Shown piece after piece: positions 27,405 through 36,775 of a DNA stretch of 37,246 nt. The stretch's first letter is position 1. Each line of letters starts with the position of its first letter. The position numbers and the translations under genes are program-made. The stretch lies in assembly GCA_043798915.1 (NCBI GenBank), contig JAZDOG010000078.1:1-37246 (forward strand). The letters run 5' to 3'. Under the pieces are notes generated by a model, which made no database searches, had not been told where the DNA came from, and saw only the letters and a list, made by a program, of their open reading frames with translations. Source of the stretch: Pseudomonadota bacterium (lineage in GTDB: Bacteria > UBA10199 > 2-02-FULL-44-16 > JAAZCA01).

Positions 27405-27821
27405 TCAGGATAACTTCGGATTTCCGTAGCTGTAGGATGTGCGGTCGAATGTCTGTTTTAACGCTTTGGTGTCTATCTTTGCGGTCGCCGCGGTCTTCCT
27501 GGATTCCTTTGCCTCCGCCGTTGCGGTTTTCAAATTGTCCTCGGCCTTTTTGTGATCCTCCGCGGCCTTGTTATATTCCGCGGTTCCATTCGCGATGATC
27601 TGCTGTTTCTCTATGTCAGCCGCGGACTTGTCGAGCGAGTCCTGTGTGGACATCTCGGCCAGGTGTTCCTGATGGTCGTACTGCGCGATGGTCATCCTGA
27701 GCTGCGATTCCATCTGGTCCTTGGCGGCTGCGTACTGTATGCCGGAGCCGATGGCGCTGCTGGTCATCTGTCCGGCGCCCATCAGCACGCTGCCCATTCC
27801 TGTCTGTCCTGCCCCTGTCAT
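27405..27821 (-). CDS. Hypothetical Gly-rich N-terminus/coiled-coil protein (138 aa)
   Basis: GGAGG SD; MTGAGQTGMGSVLMGAG... then Q/A/K/E-rich helix; ends RTSYSYGNPKLS. Confidence 0.8.
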   Translation of the reverse strand: MTGAGQTGMGSVLMGAGQMTSSAIGSGIQYAAAKDQMESQLRMTIAQYDHQEHLAEMSTQDSLDKSAADIEKQQIIANGTAEYNKAAEDHKKAEDNLKTATAEAKESRKTAATAKIDTKALKQTFDRTSYSYGNPKLS

Positions 27822-27854
27822 GGCGTCCTCCCTTGCGTTGCCGTGTTCAAACCA

Positions 27855-28469
27855 TCATGCGGCGATCGACGGCATCCCCATGTCCCACCCGCGCCGGGTG
27901 AAGGCATCGGATACGGAGAGTATCTTCGCGCGGTCCGCCTTGCCCTGTACTTCGATCGCCAGCAGCTGCCGCTTCGTCGCCCCCTCGAGGCTCGCCAACT
28001 TCTCCTCGTGCCTCATCTGATCGGTGTGCATCTGCTGCTGGACATAGATGGCATTCTGCTGGACATCGAGTTGCCTCATCGCAACCTTCGTCTGGTAACC
28101 GGCGATCGTGTCCTGTGTGTCGTAGTATTTGAGCGCTACGGTCATCTGGTTGTTCATCGAGGTCTTCGAGAGGTCCCAGTTGAGGAACGAGTTGACCATG
28201 TTCGAGACCATGCCGAAGGCCTGGAGGCCCTGCTGGGCGTATCCGAGGTTGGCGGTCTGCTTATCGTCGAGTTTCGCCCCTTGTATCTGCATATTGATCC
28301 CGCCGCCAACGCTTGGCGCGGAGACCGGGAGCATCTGCGGCTGAGACATGCCGATTCCGCCACCATAGCCGTATCCCGGATAGCCACCGTAGCCTGCGGA
28401 ACCATAGGGACTTTGTCCGTACGGCGATCCTGTCTGCTGATATGGAACCTGCTGGCCTGCGCTTAACAT
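27855..28469 (-). CDS. Hypothetical G/Y/Q/P-rich N-terminus, amphipathic helix and Gln/Met-rich coiled-coil protein (204 aa)
   Basis: AAGGAGG SD; ends RRGWDMGMPSIAA. Confidence 0.82.
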   Translation of the reverse strand: MLSAGQQVPYQQTGSPYGQSPYGSAGYGGYPGYGYGGGIGMSQPQMLPVSAPSVGGGINMQIQGAKLDDKQTANLGYAQQGLQAFGMVSNMVNSFLNWDLSKTSMNNQMTVALKYYDTQDTIAGYQTKVAMRQLDVQQNAIYVQQQMHTDQMRHEEKLASLEGATKRQLLAIEVQGKADRAKILSVSDAFTRRGWDMGMPSIAA

Positions 28470-28497
28470 ATTGGTTCCTCCTTCCTTTAAGGGACGC

Positions 28498-28923
28498 CTA
28501 TGTGGACGATGGCGTACCCTTGTTGTACCCCGTGTTCTGCGACCTCAAACTCGGTTTCGATGTCTGTTCTACGTTGTGGACGGAATTGATGTTCGCCTCC
28601 TGCCTCTTTCTCACTGCATCGCGATTCGTCTTCTCCGTGAGCAGGCGTTCATATGCGGAGGCGGAGGCGAACGCCGAGCGCGTCTGCCTCAAGTTTTTGA
28701 GTGTAATCGCCTTGTTGATTTCCGACAGTCCCTTCGCGCGCGCATCCGACTTGTTGTTCTGTTCCTTCTGCAGATTCTCCATCTTGCGTGCATTATCTTC
28801 CGCCGAGTTCTTCTGATCGACGGAGACGCCGACCGTCACAGCAGTCGTAATGATCGAAGCGATCACGCTGATGACGGTACCAGATACGCAACACATGATG
28901 CCTATGACGCCCAGCGTGAACAT
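28498..28923 (-). CDS. Hypothetical protein with long N-terminal hydrophobic segment and coiled coil (141 aa)
   Basis: AAGGAG SD favours ATG 28923 (MFTLGVIGIMCC...); ends NTGYNKGTPSST. Confidence 0.8.
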   Translation of the reverse strand: MFTLGVIGIMCCVSGTVISVIASIITTAVTVGVSVDQKNSAEDNARKMENLQKEQNNKSDARAKGLSEINKAITLKNLRQTRSAFASASAYERLLTEKTNRDAVRKRQEANINSVHNVEQTSKPSLRSQNTGYNKGTPSST

Positions 28924-28946
28924 TGGAATATCTCCTTCCATCATTA

Positions 28947-28977
28947 TTATCGGCAGCGGGGGGGTCGAAAGTTGCGT
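28947..28977 (-). promoter_or_regulatory. Putative sigma28 (FliA/WhiG)-like promoter
   Basis: Exact GCCGATAA -10 box 23 nt upstream of ATG 28923; upstream GCAACTTT only partly resembles TAAAGTTT. Confidence 0.5.
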
Positions 28978-29065
28978 CTATCCTAAAAAAAAGGCAGCTG
29001 ACAGCTGATAGCTAGTATGAGCCTTGATTAACTTCAGATGATTATGCTAGTCCTCACGGCATCTT

Positions 29066-31678
29066 ATGCCACAGGGTGCTCCAAATGACGCCGCCACCCC
29101 GATGCTTCGCCAGTACCTGAGGATCAAGGCGGAGCATCCGGATGCCATCCTGATGTTCCGGCTCGGAGATTTTTATGAAATGTTCTTTGAAGATGCTGAG
29201 ATAGCTTCAAAACTATTAGATATAACTTTAACATCGCGAAACCGTAATGATCCAAATCCCGTTCCGCTATGCGGTGTTCCATATCATTCCGTCGAGCCTT
29301 ATATCGCCAAACTCCTGGAGTCCGGCAAAAAGGTGGCGATCTGCGACCAGGTCGAGGACCCGAAGTTTGCTAAGGGTGTGGTCAAACGAGAAGTGACTCG
29401 GGTCGTGACCCCCGGGGTGATCCTCGATGGCCTGGGGGTCGAAGCCGGAAGCCACAATTTTCTGGCTGCGGCTTTTTCGCACGGCGGCTCGATCGGCATG
29501 GCGATTGCCGATGCCTCCACCGGCCTCTTTCAGGCGGCACAGTTTGCGACATTGGAACGGCTCATCGAAGAGATGGGGCGCGTCGAGCCCAGGGAGATAC
29601 TTCTGCCGGATGAACTTCGCGGTGAGGGGTCGCTCGAGGGCCTTCTCCGCCGCTTGCTTCCCGCAGCCCTCTTCACCCGCGTCGCGGACAGCCAGTTCGA
29701 TGCGACGACGCTCATGAGGCTGGAGGGAGCGGCGGAACTTGTGGCGCGATCCCCGGCAGCGGCGCGGGCGGCCTCCGGCATCCTCGCTTATCTCGACTCC
29801 ACGCAGAAGGGCGCGAGCGGCCACATCATGATGGTCGCCCCGTATGCGGGCGAGAGGGTGATGCGGCTCGACGAATCCACGAAGAGAAACCTTGAGCTGC
29901 TGCGCACGATGCGCGAGGGGAGCCGGCACGGCTCGCTCATCGAGGCCCTCGACAGGAGTTCGACCGCCGTCGGCGCGCGCAAGCTCAAGAGCTGGCTCCT
30001 CTATCCGCTGACCCACCCCGCCGAGATCAACTCACGCCTGGATGCCGTCGAGGCAGTGAACGGCGAGGCGCGCCTGCTCCGCGATCTGCCTTCGTCTCTG
30101 AAGCGGATCTCCGACATGGAGCGGATAACGAGCCGCGCCTCGGCCTGTCTGGCGCACGCGCGCGACCTCGCCGGTCTCAAGGAATCGCTCGAGGCTGTGG
30201 CCGATCTCAAGAAAATTCTTGAGGGGAGTTCAGGCCTCCTGGCCCTCCTTGCAGGCAGCATCGATCCGCACGCGGGGCTCTCCCGCGCGATAGGAGAGAG
30301 GCTCGTAGACGATCCTCCTCTTTCGCTCAAGGAGGGCGGGCTCATACGCACCGGCTTCTCGCCGGAGCTGGACGAGATGCGCGACATAATCGCTCACGGC
30401 AAGGACTTCATCGCCGGCCTCGAGGCGAAGGAGAGGAAGGCGACCGGCATCGGCTCGCTCAAGATCCGCTACAACAGGGTCTTCGGTTACTACATCGAGG
30501 TGACGAACGCCCATCGCGAAAAGGTCCCAGAGAGCTACATCAGGAAACAGACCCTGGCGAACGCCGAACGATACATCACGCCGGAGCTCAAGGAATATGA
30601 GGAGAAGATCCTCGGCGCCGAAGAGAAGGGCCGCGCGCTTGAGCAGGAGATATTCTGCGAACTCAGGTCCCAGGTCGCCGCCGCCGCGGGAACGCTCTTG
30701 GCAACGGCGGATGCGATCGCCACACTCGACGCGCTCACCTCGCTGGCACTCATCGCCGCCGAATACGACTACAGGAGGCCCGAGGTCGACGGCGGAGATG
30801 TCATCGACATACGCGACGGCAGGCATCCGATAGTCGAGCGCGCAAACCCCACGGAGCGCTTCGTCCCCAACGACGTATTCCTGGGGGAAGAAAAAAATCT
30901 CCTGATGATCACCGGGCCCAACATGGCCGGCAAGTCCACCGTCATGAGGCAGACGGCCTTGATAGTGCTCATGGCGCAGATGGGCTCGTTCGTGCCGGCA
31001 TCGAGCGCAAGGATAGGCGCCGTTGACCGCATATTCACGCGTGTCGGGGCCTCCGATGCGCTCTCTCAAGGGCAATCAACGTTCATGGTCGAGATGTCGG
31101 AGGCGGCGACAATCCTCCGCGAGGCGACAGAGAAGAGCCTCATCGTCATCGACGAGATCGGGCGGGGGACCTCCACGTTCGACGGGCTCTCGATAGCATG
31201 GGCGGTGGCCGAGGACCTCCACGACCGCGTTCGCGCGCGCACGATGTTCGCCACGCACTACCACGAGCTCACGGAGTTGGCGCTCACGAAGCCCCGCATC
31301 AGCAACATGCACATCGCGGTCAAGGAGTGGAACGGGGAGGTGATATTCCTGCGCAGGCTGCTCTCGGGCGCCACGTCGCGCAGCTACGGCCTGCAGGTGG
31401 CCCGCCTCGCCGGGTTGCCGGAGGTGGTGATCGACCGGGCGCGCGAGGTGCTCTCAAACCTCGAGTCCGGCGAACTCGACGAGGTGGGGAAACCCCGGCT
31501 CGCCAGCTCGCATCGGAAGGGTGAGACCGCGAAGGAAGCGGCGCAGTATCACCTCTTCACCCAGCCGCTCCAGAACGATGTGGCAAAGAAACTCTCGGAG
31601 ATCGACACGCGCACGATGACCCCGCTCGAAGCGCTGAATATCTTGCATGAGCTTGCGGGTATGATTAAGCCATCATAA
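29066..31678 (+). CDS. mutS: DNA mismatch repair protein MutS
   Basis: TPMLRQY, GDFYEMF, GPNMAGKST, STFMVEM, DEIGRGTSTFDG, ATHYHEL. Confidence 0.98.
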   Translation: MPQGAPNDAATPMLRQYLRIKAEHPDAILMFRLGDFYEMFFEDAEIASKLLDITLTSRNRNDPNPVPLCGVPYHSVEPYIAKLLESGKKVAICDQVEDPKFAKGVVKREVTRVVTPGVILDGLGVEAGSHNFLAAAFSHGGSIGMAIADASTGLFQAAQFATLERLIEEMGRVEPREILLPDELRGEGSLEGLLRRLLPAALFTRVADSQFDATTLMRLEGAAELVARSPAAARAASGILAYLDSTQKGASGHIMMVAPYAGERVMRLDESTKRNLELLRTMREGSRHGSLIEALDRSSTAVGARKLKSWLLYPLTHPAEINSRLDAVEAVNGEARLLRDLPSSLKRISDMERITSRASACLAHARDLAGLKESLEAVADLKKILEGSSGLLALLAGSIDPHAGLSRAIGERLVDDPPLSLKEGGLIRTGFSPELDEMRDIIAHGKDFIAGLEAKERKATGIGSLKIRYNRVFGYYIEVTNAHREKVPESYIRKQTLANAERYITPELKEYEEKILGAEEKGRALEQEIFCELRSQVAAAAGTLLATADAIATLDALTSLALIAAEYDYRRPEVDGGDVIDIRDGRHPIVERANPTERFVPNDVFLGEEKNLLMITGPNMAGKSTVMRQTALIVLMAQMGSFVPASSARIGAVDRIFTRVGASDALSQGQSTFMVEMSEAATILREATEKSLIVIDEIGRGTSTFDGLSIAWAVAEDLHDRVRARTMFATHYHELTELALTKPRISNMHIAVKEWNGEVIFLRRLLSGATSRSYGLQVARLAGLPEVVIDRAREVLSNLESGELDEVGKPRLASSHRKGETAKEAAQYHLFTQPLQNDVAKKLSEIDTRTMTPLEALNILHELAGMIKPS

Positions 31679-31746
31679 ACATCACACCTGCCCGATTCAT
31701 TTCCCCAGTTGAACCCCGCTAAATCTGGTGCTATTATGCTGCCACT

Positions 31747-33459
31747 ATGAAAAAGTTCATATTCGTTTTCATGTCGATCCTGGCGGTGGGTTTCACGGCC
31801 AGCGCGGCTTTGGGGGTCGGAGGGGCGGAGGAGGAGTACCTCAAGGCCAAGTCCTGCTGGGGCGAGCTCAAGGTGACGCCGGCGAAGGCGAGGGAGCGCA
31901 AGGCGTGGGAGCACTGCGTCGGGCTCTTCGAGGGCGTCCATAAGCGTTACCCGGAGGGCGAGAGGGGTGCGCAGGCGCTCTTCTCCGCGGGCCGGCTCAT
32001 GGTGGAGATCTACGGCAAGTTCCACAAGGATGAGGATGTCCAGGCAGCCATCAAGTTCTTCAATCAGCTCGTCCGCGATTATCCCAAGGATTCGCTCGCG
32101 GATGACGCTCTCTTCCAGATCGGCCGGCTTCGCCGCGATCCGCTCAAGGACGACGACCGCGCGAAGAAGGCCTTCGAATACATAGTTGCGAACTACCCCA
32201 ACGGCGACATGGTGGCGAAGGCAAAAAAGGAACTCGAATCGCTGGGCGGCGCGGCTTCGGGCGACGAGCCCCAGGCGGCCGCGGATGACGAAGAGGGCCA
32301 AACCAAAGCCCCGGCGGGGCAGAAGGATAACTCGCCGTTCGACAACACCGTGGCAGGGCCGCGCCTCGGCGCAATCCTGAACTCAATAGAGGTGAACAAG
32401 GGCGAGGCCGCCACCACGGTTTCTCTCGTCCTCGACAGAAAGGCGGCATATTCTCTGGACTTCACCCCGCTCGGCCCTCACACGAAGTCGCCTCCGCATC
32501 TCGATGTGCTCCTCACATACACGAAGCCAGGCCCCGCGATAGTCAAAGAGATGTCGGTCGGCTCGGTCTACCTTGCGAAGATCGAGGTGAAGAAGAGCCT
32601 CCTGGACGGGGGAACCCGCCTTGTCTTCCAGATGGCGCCAGATGCCGCCTATGATGTCCAGTCGAAGGGAGAGAAGATCACGCTGCGCTTCAAGCCCGCT
32701 GGCTCGCCTGACCTCGCCCCTGCGATCAAGGGCAAACCGGTGAAGAAGGTCGCGGCGCCTCTGAAGGGGAAGGTGATGGCAATCGTCATCGATCCCGGGC
32801 ACGGGGGCTCCGACACGGGGGCGATAGGTCCCTCCGGCCTGAAGGAAAAAGATGTGGCGCTCGCGATATCGAAGCGCCTTGCGGCTAAGCTCAAAGAAGC
32901 GATGGGCGCGACTGTATATATGACGCGCGACAGCGATGCGACGCTCACCCTCGAGGATAGAAACGCATTCGCAGTCGCGAAGAAGGCCGACCTCTTCATA
33001 TCCGTCCATGCGAATGCCTCGGAGAGCCGCAAGATGTCGGGCATCGAGACCTACTTCCTCAACAACGCCAGCGACGCGGCCGCAGCCAAGCTTGCAAAGC
33101 GCGAAAACCGCGCCACGAAGAAGAAGCTCTCCAACGTAGAGCATATCCTGTCGACGATGCTCCAGAACTACGATGCCGCCGAATCGGAGCTGCTCGCCTC
33201 GGATGTCCAGAAGTCGCTCACGGCCCGCATGGGCAGGCGCTATGAAGGCATACGCAACAGGCGTGTCCGCTCCGCGCTCTTCTATGTGCTGGTCGGCGCC
33301 AAATGCCCGGCGATCCTCGTCGAGTCCTCGTTCATCTCCAATCCCAAAGAGGAGAAACGCCTCAAGGACCGCGTCTATCAGGCCGAGCTGGCCGGCAGCA
33401 TCTCCGACGGCGTTCAGAAATATTTCAAGTCGGGCGAAAGAAGGATGGTCAAGCTGTGA
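31747..33459 (+). CDS. N-acetylmuramoyl-L-alanine amidase (Amidase_3) with N-terminal TPR region
   Basis: Signal peptide; TPR-like YPKDSLADDAL; IDPGHGG, EKDVAL, FISVHANA, AILVE. Confidence 0.92.
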   Translation: MKKFIFVFMSILAVGFTASAALGVGGAEEEYLKAKSCWGELKVTPAKARERKAWEHCVGLFEGVHKRYPEGERGAQALFSAGRLMVEIYGKFHKDEDVQAAIKFFNQLVRDYPKDSLADDALFQIGRLRRDPLKDDDRAKKAFEYIVANYPNGDMVAKAKKELESLGGAASGDEPQAAADDEEGQTKAPAGQKDNSPFDNTVAGPRLGAILNSIEVNKGEAATTVSLVLDRKAAYSLDFTPLGPHTKSPPHLDVLLTYTKPGPAIVKEMSVGSVYLAKIEVKKSLLDGGTRLVFQMAPDAAYDVQSKGEKITLRFKPAGSPDLAPAIKGKPVKKVAAPLKGKVMAIVIDPGHGGSDTGAIGPSGLKEKDVALAISKRLAAKLKEAMGATVYMTRDSDATLTLEDRNAFAVAKKADLFISVHANASESRKMSGIETYFLNNASDAAAAKLAKRENRATKKKLSNVEHILSTMLQNYDAAESELLASDVQKSLTARMGRRYEGIRNRRVRSALFYVLVGAKCPAILVESSFISNPKEEKRLKDRVYQAELAGSISDGVQKYFKSGERRMVKL

Positions 33460-36113
33460 AATCTTCAAAACCAGCCTCGGTTCCAGACGGCCCGGCCGGC
33501 GATCCGACAGGGGCGGTGCGCCGCTTTATGGAGGCGAGGCTCCGCTGGTTTTCATCCGCTGTCGGCGAAGGCGCGGATGCGCTTGAAGTCTGCCGCGAAC
33601 ACTCCGCGATGATCGACGGGATGGTGAAATTCCTTTTCAAGGCCGAGGAGGACCGTCACTCCCATCATGGGCGAACGGCAGTGCTGGCGCTGGGCGGCTA
33701 CGGCAGGGAGGAGATGGGGCTCGCGAGCGACATAGATATCCTCTTCCTCCATGAATCGGCGAGCGACGACTTCATACGGGGAGTCACTGACGCCATCCTG
33801 TATCCCTTCTGGAACAACGGCGTGGAGATCGGCGGCGCCACGCGCACGCTCGACGACTGCCGTTCCATGATCGAGTCGGACGCAAAGGCCCTCACCGCGA
33901 TGATGGATGCGCGCCTTGTCTGCGGAGACATCTCCCTCTACAACTCTCTCATGGAGATCGTGAAAGATCACTTCGCGTCTCCCGCCCAGCGCCGGAAGTT
34001 CATTGAGGCGAAGATCGGCGAACATTTTGACAGGCTCGGAAAATTCGGTGACTCCATCTATCTGCTCCAGCCCAACGTCAAGGAGGGGGAGGGAGGGCTC
34101 CGCGACTATCACACCCTCCTTTGGGTGTCGCGGGCGGCGGATCCGAAGCTCGCCGCCAGTGAGGCCGCCCAGAAGGCTCTCCCCGATGCCGCAGGGAGGG
34201 CCAAGGTCGATGCGGCGTTTGCGTTCATCTGGCGCGTCAGGCATGCGCTGCACCTGATCGAGGGTAAGAAGGCCGACAGGTTGAGCGATTCGCTGCAGCG
34301 GCAGGTCGCGCTTTTTCTTGGTTTTGTTGACGCGGATGGTGCGAGCGCCGAGGAGGAGCTGATGTCTTTCTACTACCGGCACGCTATGGAGCTGCACCTC
34401 CGTTGCCGCCGCGCCATGGAACGCATCAGGTTCGCCGTCTGCCGTCCTTCAAGAGGGGCCGCGGCAGCTGCGTGGTTTCGCCGGCGGCTCTTTGGCAGGA
34501 ATTTTGTGAGGACCGGGCACGGGACATTTTCGTTTCGCCGCGGTTCTTTCAGGGAGAACCCGCTCTGGGAACTCCTCGTTTTTTCGGAGGCCAAGCGCCG
34601 CCGCCTTCCTCTGGATACAGAAGCAAAGGAGGTGATCGCGAGCCGCCCGGTGCCTGTCGACGATGCTGCGCGCGCGAAACCCGCCGCGGGAAAAACCATG
34701 AGGGAGATATTTTCGGGCGCCCTCCATCTGGACCGGACGCTCTGGGAGATGCATGAGTGCGGCCTTCTCACCGCATGGTTTCCGGAGATGAAACCGATGA
34801 TGTACCGCATTCAGCACGACGGCTATCACTTCTACACTGCGGGGACGCATTCCATCCGTGCCGTGGGGGAGCTGGGCCTCCTCGCCGGGAAGAAGGGTTT
34901 GAGGAACTTTCCCGTGGCCGCAAAGGCGATCAGTGAAGTTCGCCGCCCGCACGTCCTTCTCCTTGCGACGCTCTTTCACGACGTGGGCAAGGGGAGGGGG
35001 GGCGACCATGCCGAGATCGGGGCAAAGCTGGCGGAGGAAATAGCGCTCAGAATCGGGTGCAGCGGGCGGGATGCGGAGGACGTGGCCTTCCTCGTCCGCT
35101 CGCACCTGCTTATGGCGATGCTGGCATTCAGGCGCGATGTCTGCGACGAGGGTCTGGTCGAGCGCTTCGCGCAGTCGAACCGGTCGCCTGAACTCCTCGC
35201 GATGCTCTACCTCCTCACATTTGCGGATTTGAGGGCGATCGGCCCCAATGTCTGGAGCGAGTGGAAGGGCGGGCTCCTGGCGGAGCTCTACCAGAGGGCC
35301 GAGATGTGCCTGGCGCCCGGCGGGATGAATGCCGGCGCGCGGGAGGCGAAGATGGAGCGGCAGATCGAGGCGGTCCGCCGCTCGCTCGGCGCGGATTTCT
35401 CCGTTTCGGAGATACGGGAGTTTCTGGCCGCGCTCCCGGAGAGGTATGCCTTCTCCACAGATTCTCAGACGATCGCGGCGCATATCGTGATGGCCCGCGG
35501 GATCGAGCTGAAGCCCGTCGCGACAGTCGAGCGCCAGGTGCCTGGCCGCGGCTGCACCGAATTTTCCGTGGTCACGCGCGATGCCCCGGGCCTCTTCGCG
35601 CGGATGGCCGGCGCCCTCACCGCAAACGGAGCCAACATCCTTGAGGCGCAGCTCTACACGACTGCCGGGGGGCTGGCCATCGACCTCTTCCTTGTCACCG
35701 ACGCCGTGGGCCAGCCGCTTGAGGACGCCCATCGGTGGGAGAAGATACGCGCCGACCTGACGGCCATGATAGCCGGGGGCGAGGATGTGGACCGGATCGT
35801 CGGCGGCAGGTTCAAGCGGAGGCTCCTGGGGTGGTCCCCGCGCCAGCACCCGCCGGAGATCCTCGTGGACAACGATGTCTCGGCCATCGAGACCGTCGTG
35901 GAGATATCGGCAGATGACAGGCGGGGGCTTCTCTACACGATCGCGTCGGCCTTTCACGAGCTCTCCTGCACGATCGAGCGCGCAAAGATCACAACGCATG
36001 TCGACCGGGTCATCGACGTCTTCTATATTAAAAAATCCGGCGGGGGAAAGGTCGTCTCGCCCGAAGAGGTTGGGCGCCTGCGCGGGTCTCTCTTTGATGC
36101 CCTGGAGGAGTGA
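33456..36113 (+). CDS. glnD: [Protein-PII] uridylyltransferase/uridylyl-removing enzyme
   Basis: ALGGYGR...SDID NTase, PNVKEGEGGLRD, LFHDVGKG HD domain, two ACT domains (DAPGLF, DRRGLL); GTG start overlapping the amidase stop. Confidence 0.94.
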   Translation: MKSSKPASVPDGPAGDPTGAVRRFMEARLRWFSSAVGEGADALEVCREHSAMIDGMVKFLFKAEEDRHSHHGRTAVLALGGYGREEMGLASDIDILFLHESASDDFIRGVTDAILYPFWNNGVEIGGATRTLDDCRSMIESDAKALTAMMDARLVCGDISLYNSLMEIVKDHFASPAQRRKFIEAKIGEHFDRLGKFGDSIYLLQPNVKEGEGGLRDYHTLLWVSRAADPKLAASEAAQKALPDAAGRAKVDAAFAFIWRVRHALHLIEGKKADRLSDSLQRQVALFLGFVDADGASAEEELMSFYYRHAMELHLRCRRAMERIRFAVCRPSRGAAAAAWFRRRLFGRNFVRTGHGTFSFRRGSFRENPLWELLVFSEAKRRRLPLDTEAKEVIASRPVPVDDAARAKPAAGKTMREIFSGALHLDRTLWEMHECGLLTAWFPEMKPMMYRIQHDGYHFYTAGTHSIRAVGELGLLAGKKGLRNFPVAAKAISEVRRPHVLLLATLFHDVGKGRGGDHAEIGAKLAEEIALRIGCSGRDAEDVAFLVRSHLLMAMLAFRRDVCDEGLVERFAQSNRSPELLAMLYLLTFADLRAIGPNVWSEWKGGLLAELYQRAEMCLAPGGMNAGAREAKMERQIEAVRRSLGADFSVSEIREFLAALPERYAFSTDSQTIAAHIVMARGIELKPVATVERQVPGRGCTEFSVVTRDAPGLFARMAGALTANGANILEAQLYTTAGGLAIDLFLVTDAVGQPLEDAHRWEKIRADLTAMIAGGEDVDRIVGGRFKRRLLGWSPRQHPPEILVDNDVSAIETVVEISADDRRGLLYTIASAFHELSCTIERAKITTHVDRVIDVFYIKKSGGGKVVSPEEVGRLRGSLFDALEE

Positions 36114-36334
36114 GTTCTATGATCTGGTATATTATTTCCATAATTGCCCTGATTGCAGCACTCGCGCTGCTGGTGACGACGCGCCTCAGGGACCGGCGCT
36201 ACGAGCGCATGAAGACTTCGGAGGCCATGGGGGAGCAGGTGCGGGCGGAGATAGAGGAGGAGCGCCGCGGCCTCGAAGAGCGGCATGAAAAATTCCGCGC
36301 CGCCCTCCGGCAAGCCGGCTCAAAGGGGACATAA
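36110..36334 (+). CDS. Small single-pass membrane protein with coiled-coil tail
   Basis: IWYIISIIALIAALALLV TM helix followed by an E/R-rich helix; overlaps the glnD stop. Confidence 0.6.
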   Translation: MSSMIWYIISIIALIAALALLVTTRLRDRRYERMKTSEAMGEQVRAEIEEERRGLEERHEKFRAALRQAGSKGT

Positions 36335-36412
36335 TAGTTTTTGGGACCCCTAATAATCAGGTTGAGCTGCCGGTCAAAAGCTGCTAATCCGTGGAGCCGT
36401 TCGTAAATCACC

Positions 36413-36757
36413 ATGGCAAAGATAAAGATCTGCAAAGAGCCTGACTGCCAGAACGCCGCAACCACGGAGGGGTACTGCCGCCTCCACTACCTGCGCAACT
36501 GGAAGCATATCAAGGAAGATTCCCGCCGCCGCGCCGCCAAGAAGCTCAACAGATATATCGATCATGTTATTCAGAAACACCCTGACAGGTACATCGATGT
36601 GATAAAGAAGGACCTTCGCTCGCCCCTCTTCGACCGCTATGTCGAGGAGACCTTCGGCTGCGAGGAAGGGGAGGACGGGCAGGTCCTGGACGAGCCGAGC
36701 TACGAAGAGGAGATCGAGCAGCTCATCAGGCAGCTCAAGGTTGAAAAGGGATTTTAA
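36413..36757 (+). CDS. Hypothetical protein with N-terminal C-x4-C...C-x2-H putative zinc finger and acidic tail
   Basis: CKEPDC...GYCRLHY, basic middle, acidic C-terminus. Confidence 0.75.
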   Translation: MAKIKICKEPDCQNAATTEGYCRLHYLRNWKHIKEDSRRRAAKKLNRYIDHVIQKHPDRYIDVIKKDLRSPLFDRYVEETFGCEEGEDGQVLDEPSYEEEIEQLIRQLKVEKGF

Positions 36758-36775
36758 CAAAAGGGGGAGATCGCT

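Noticed and set aside
27405..28923. Three-gene cluster considered as a prophage remnant
   Set aside because: No capsid, terminase, portal, integrase or att-like repeats; composition matches the host and the ORFs are intact with strong SD sites
28995..29014. Heptamer tandem CAGCTGA-CAGCTGA-TAGCTA upstream of mutS
   Set aside because: Fewer than three full units and no associated mobile gene; may be chance
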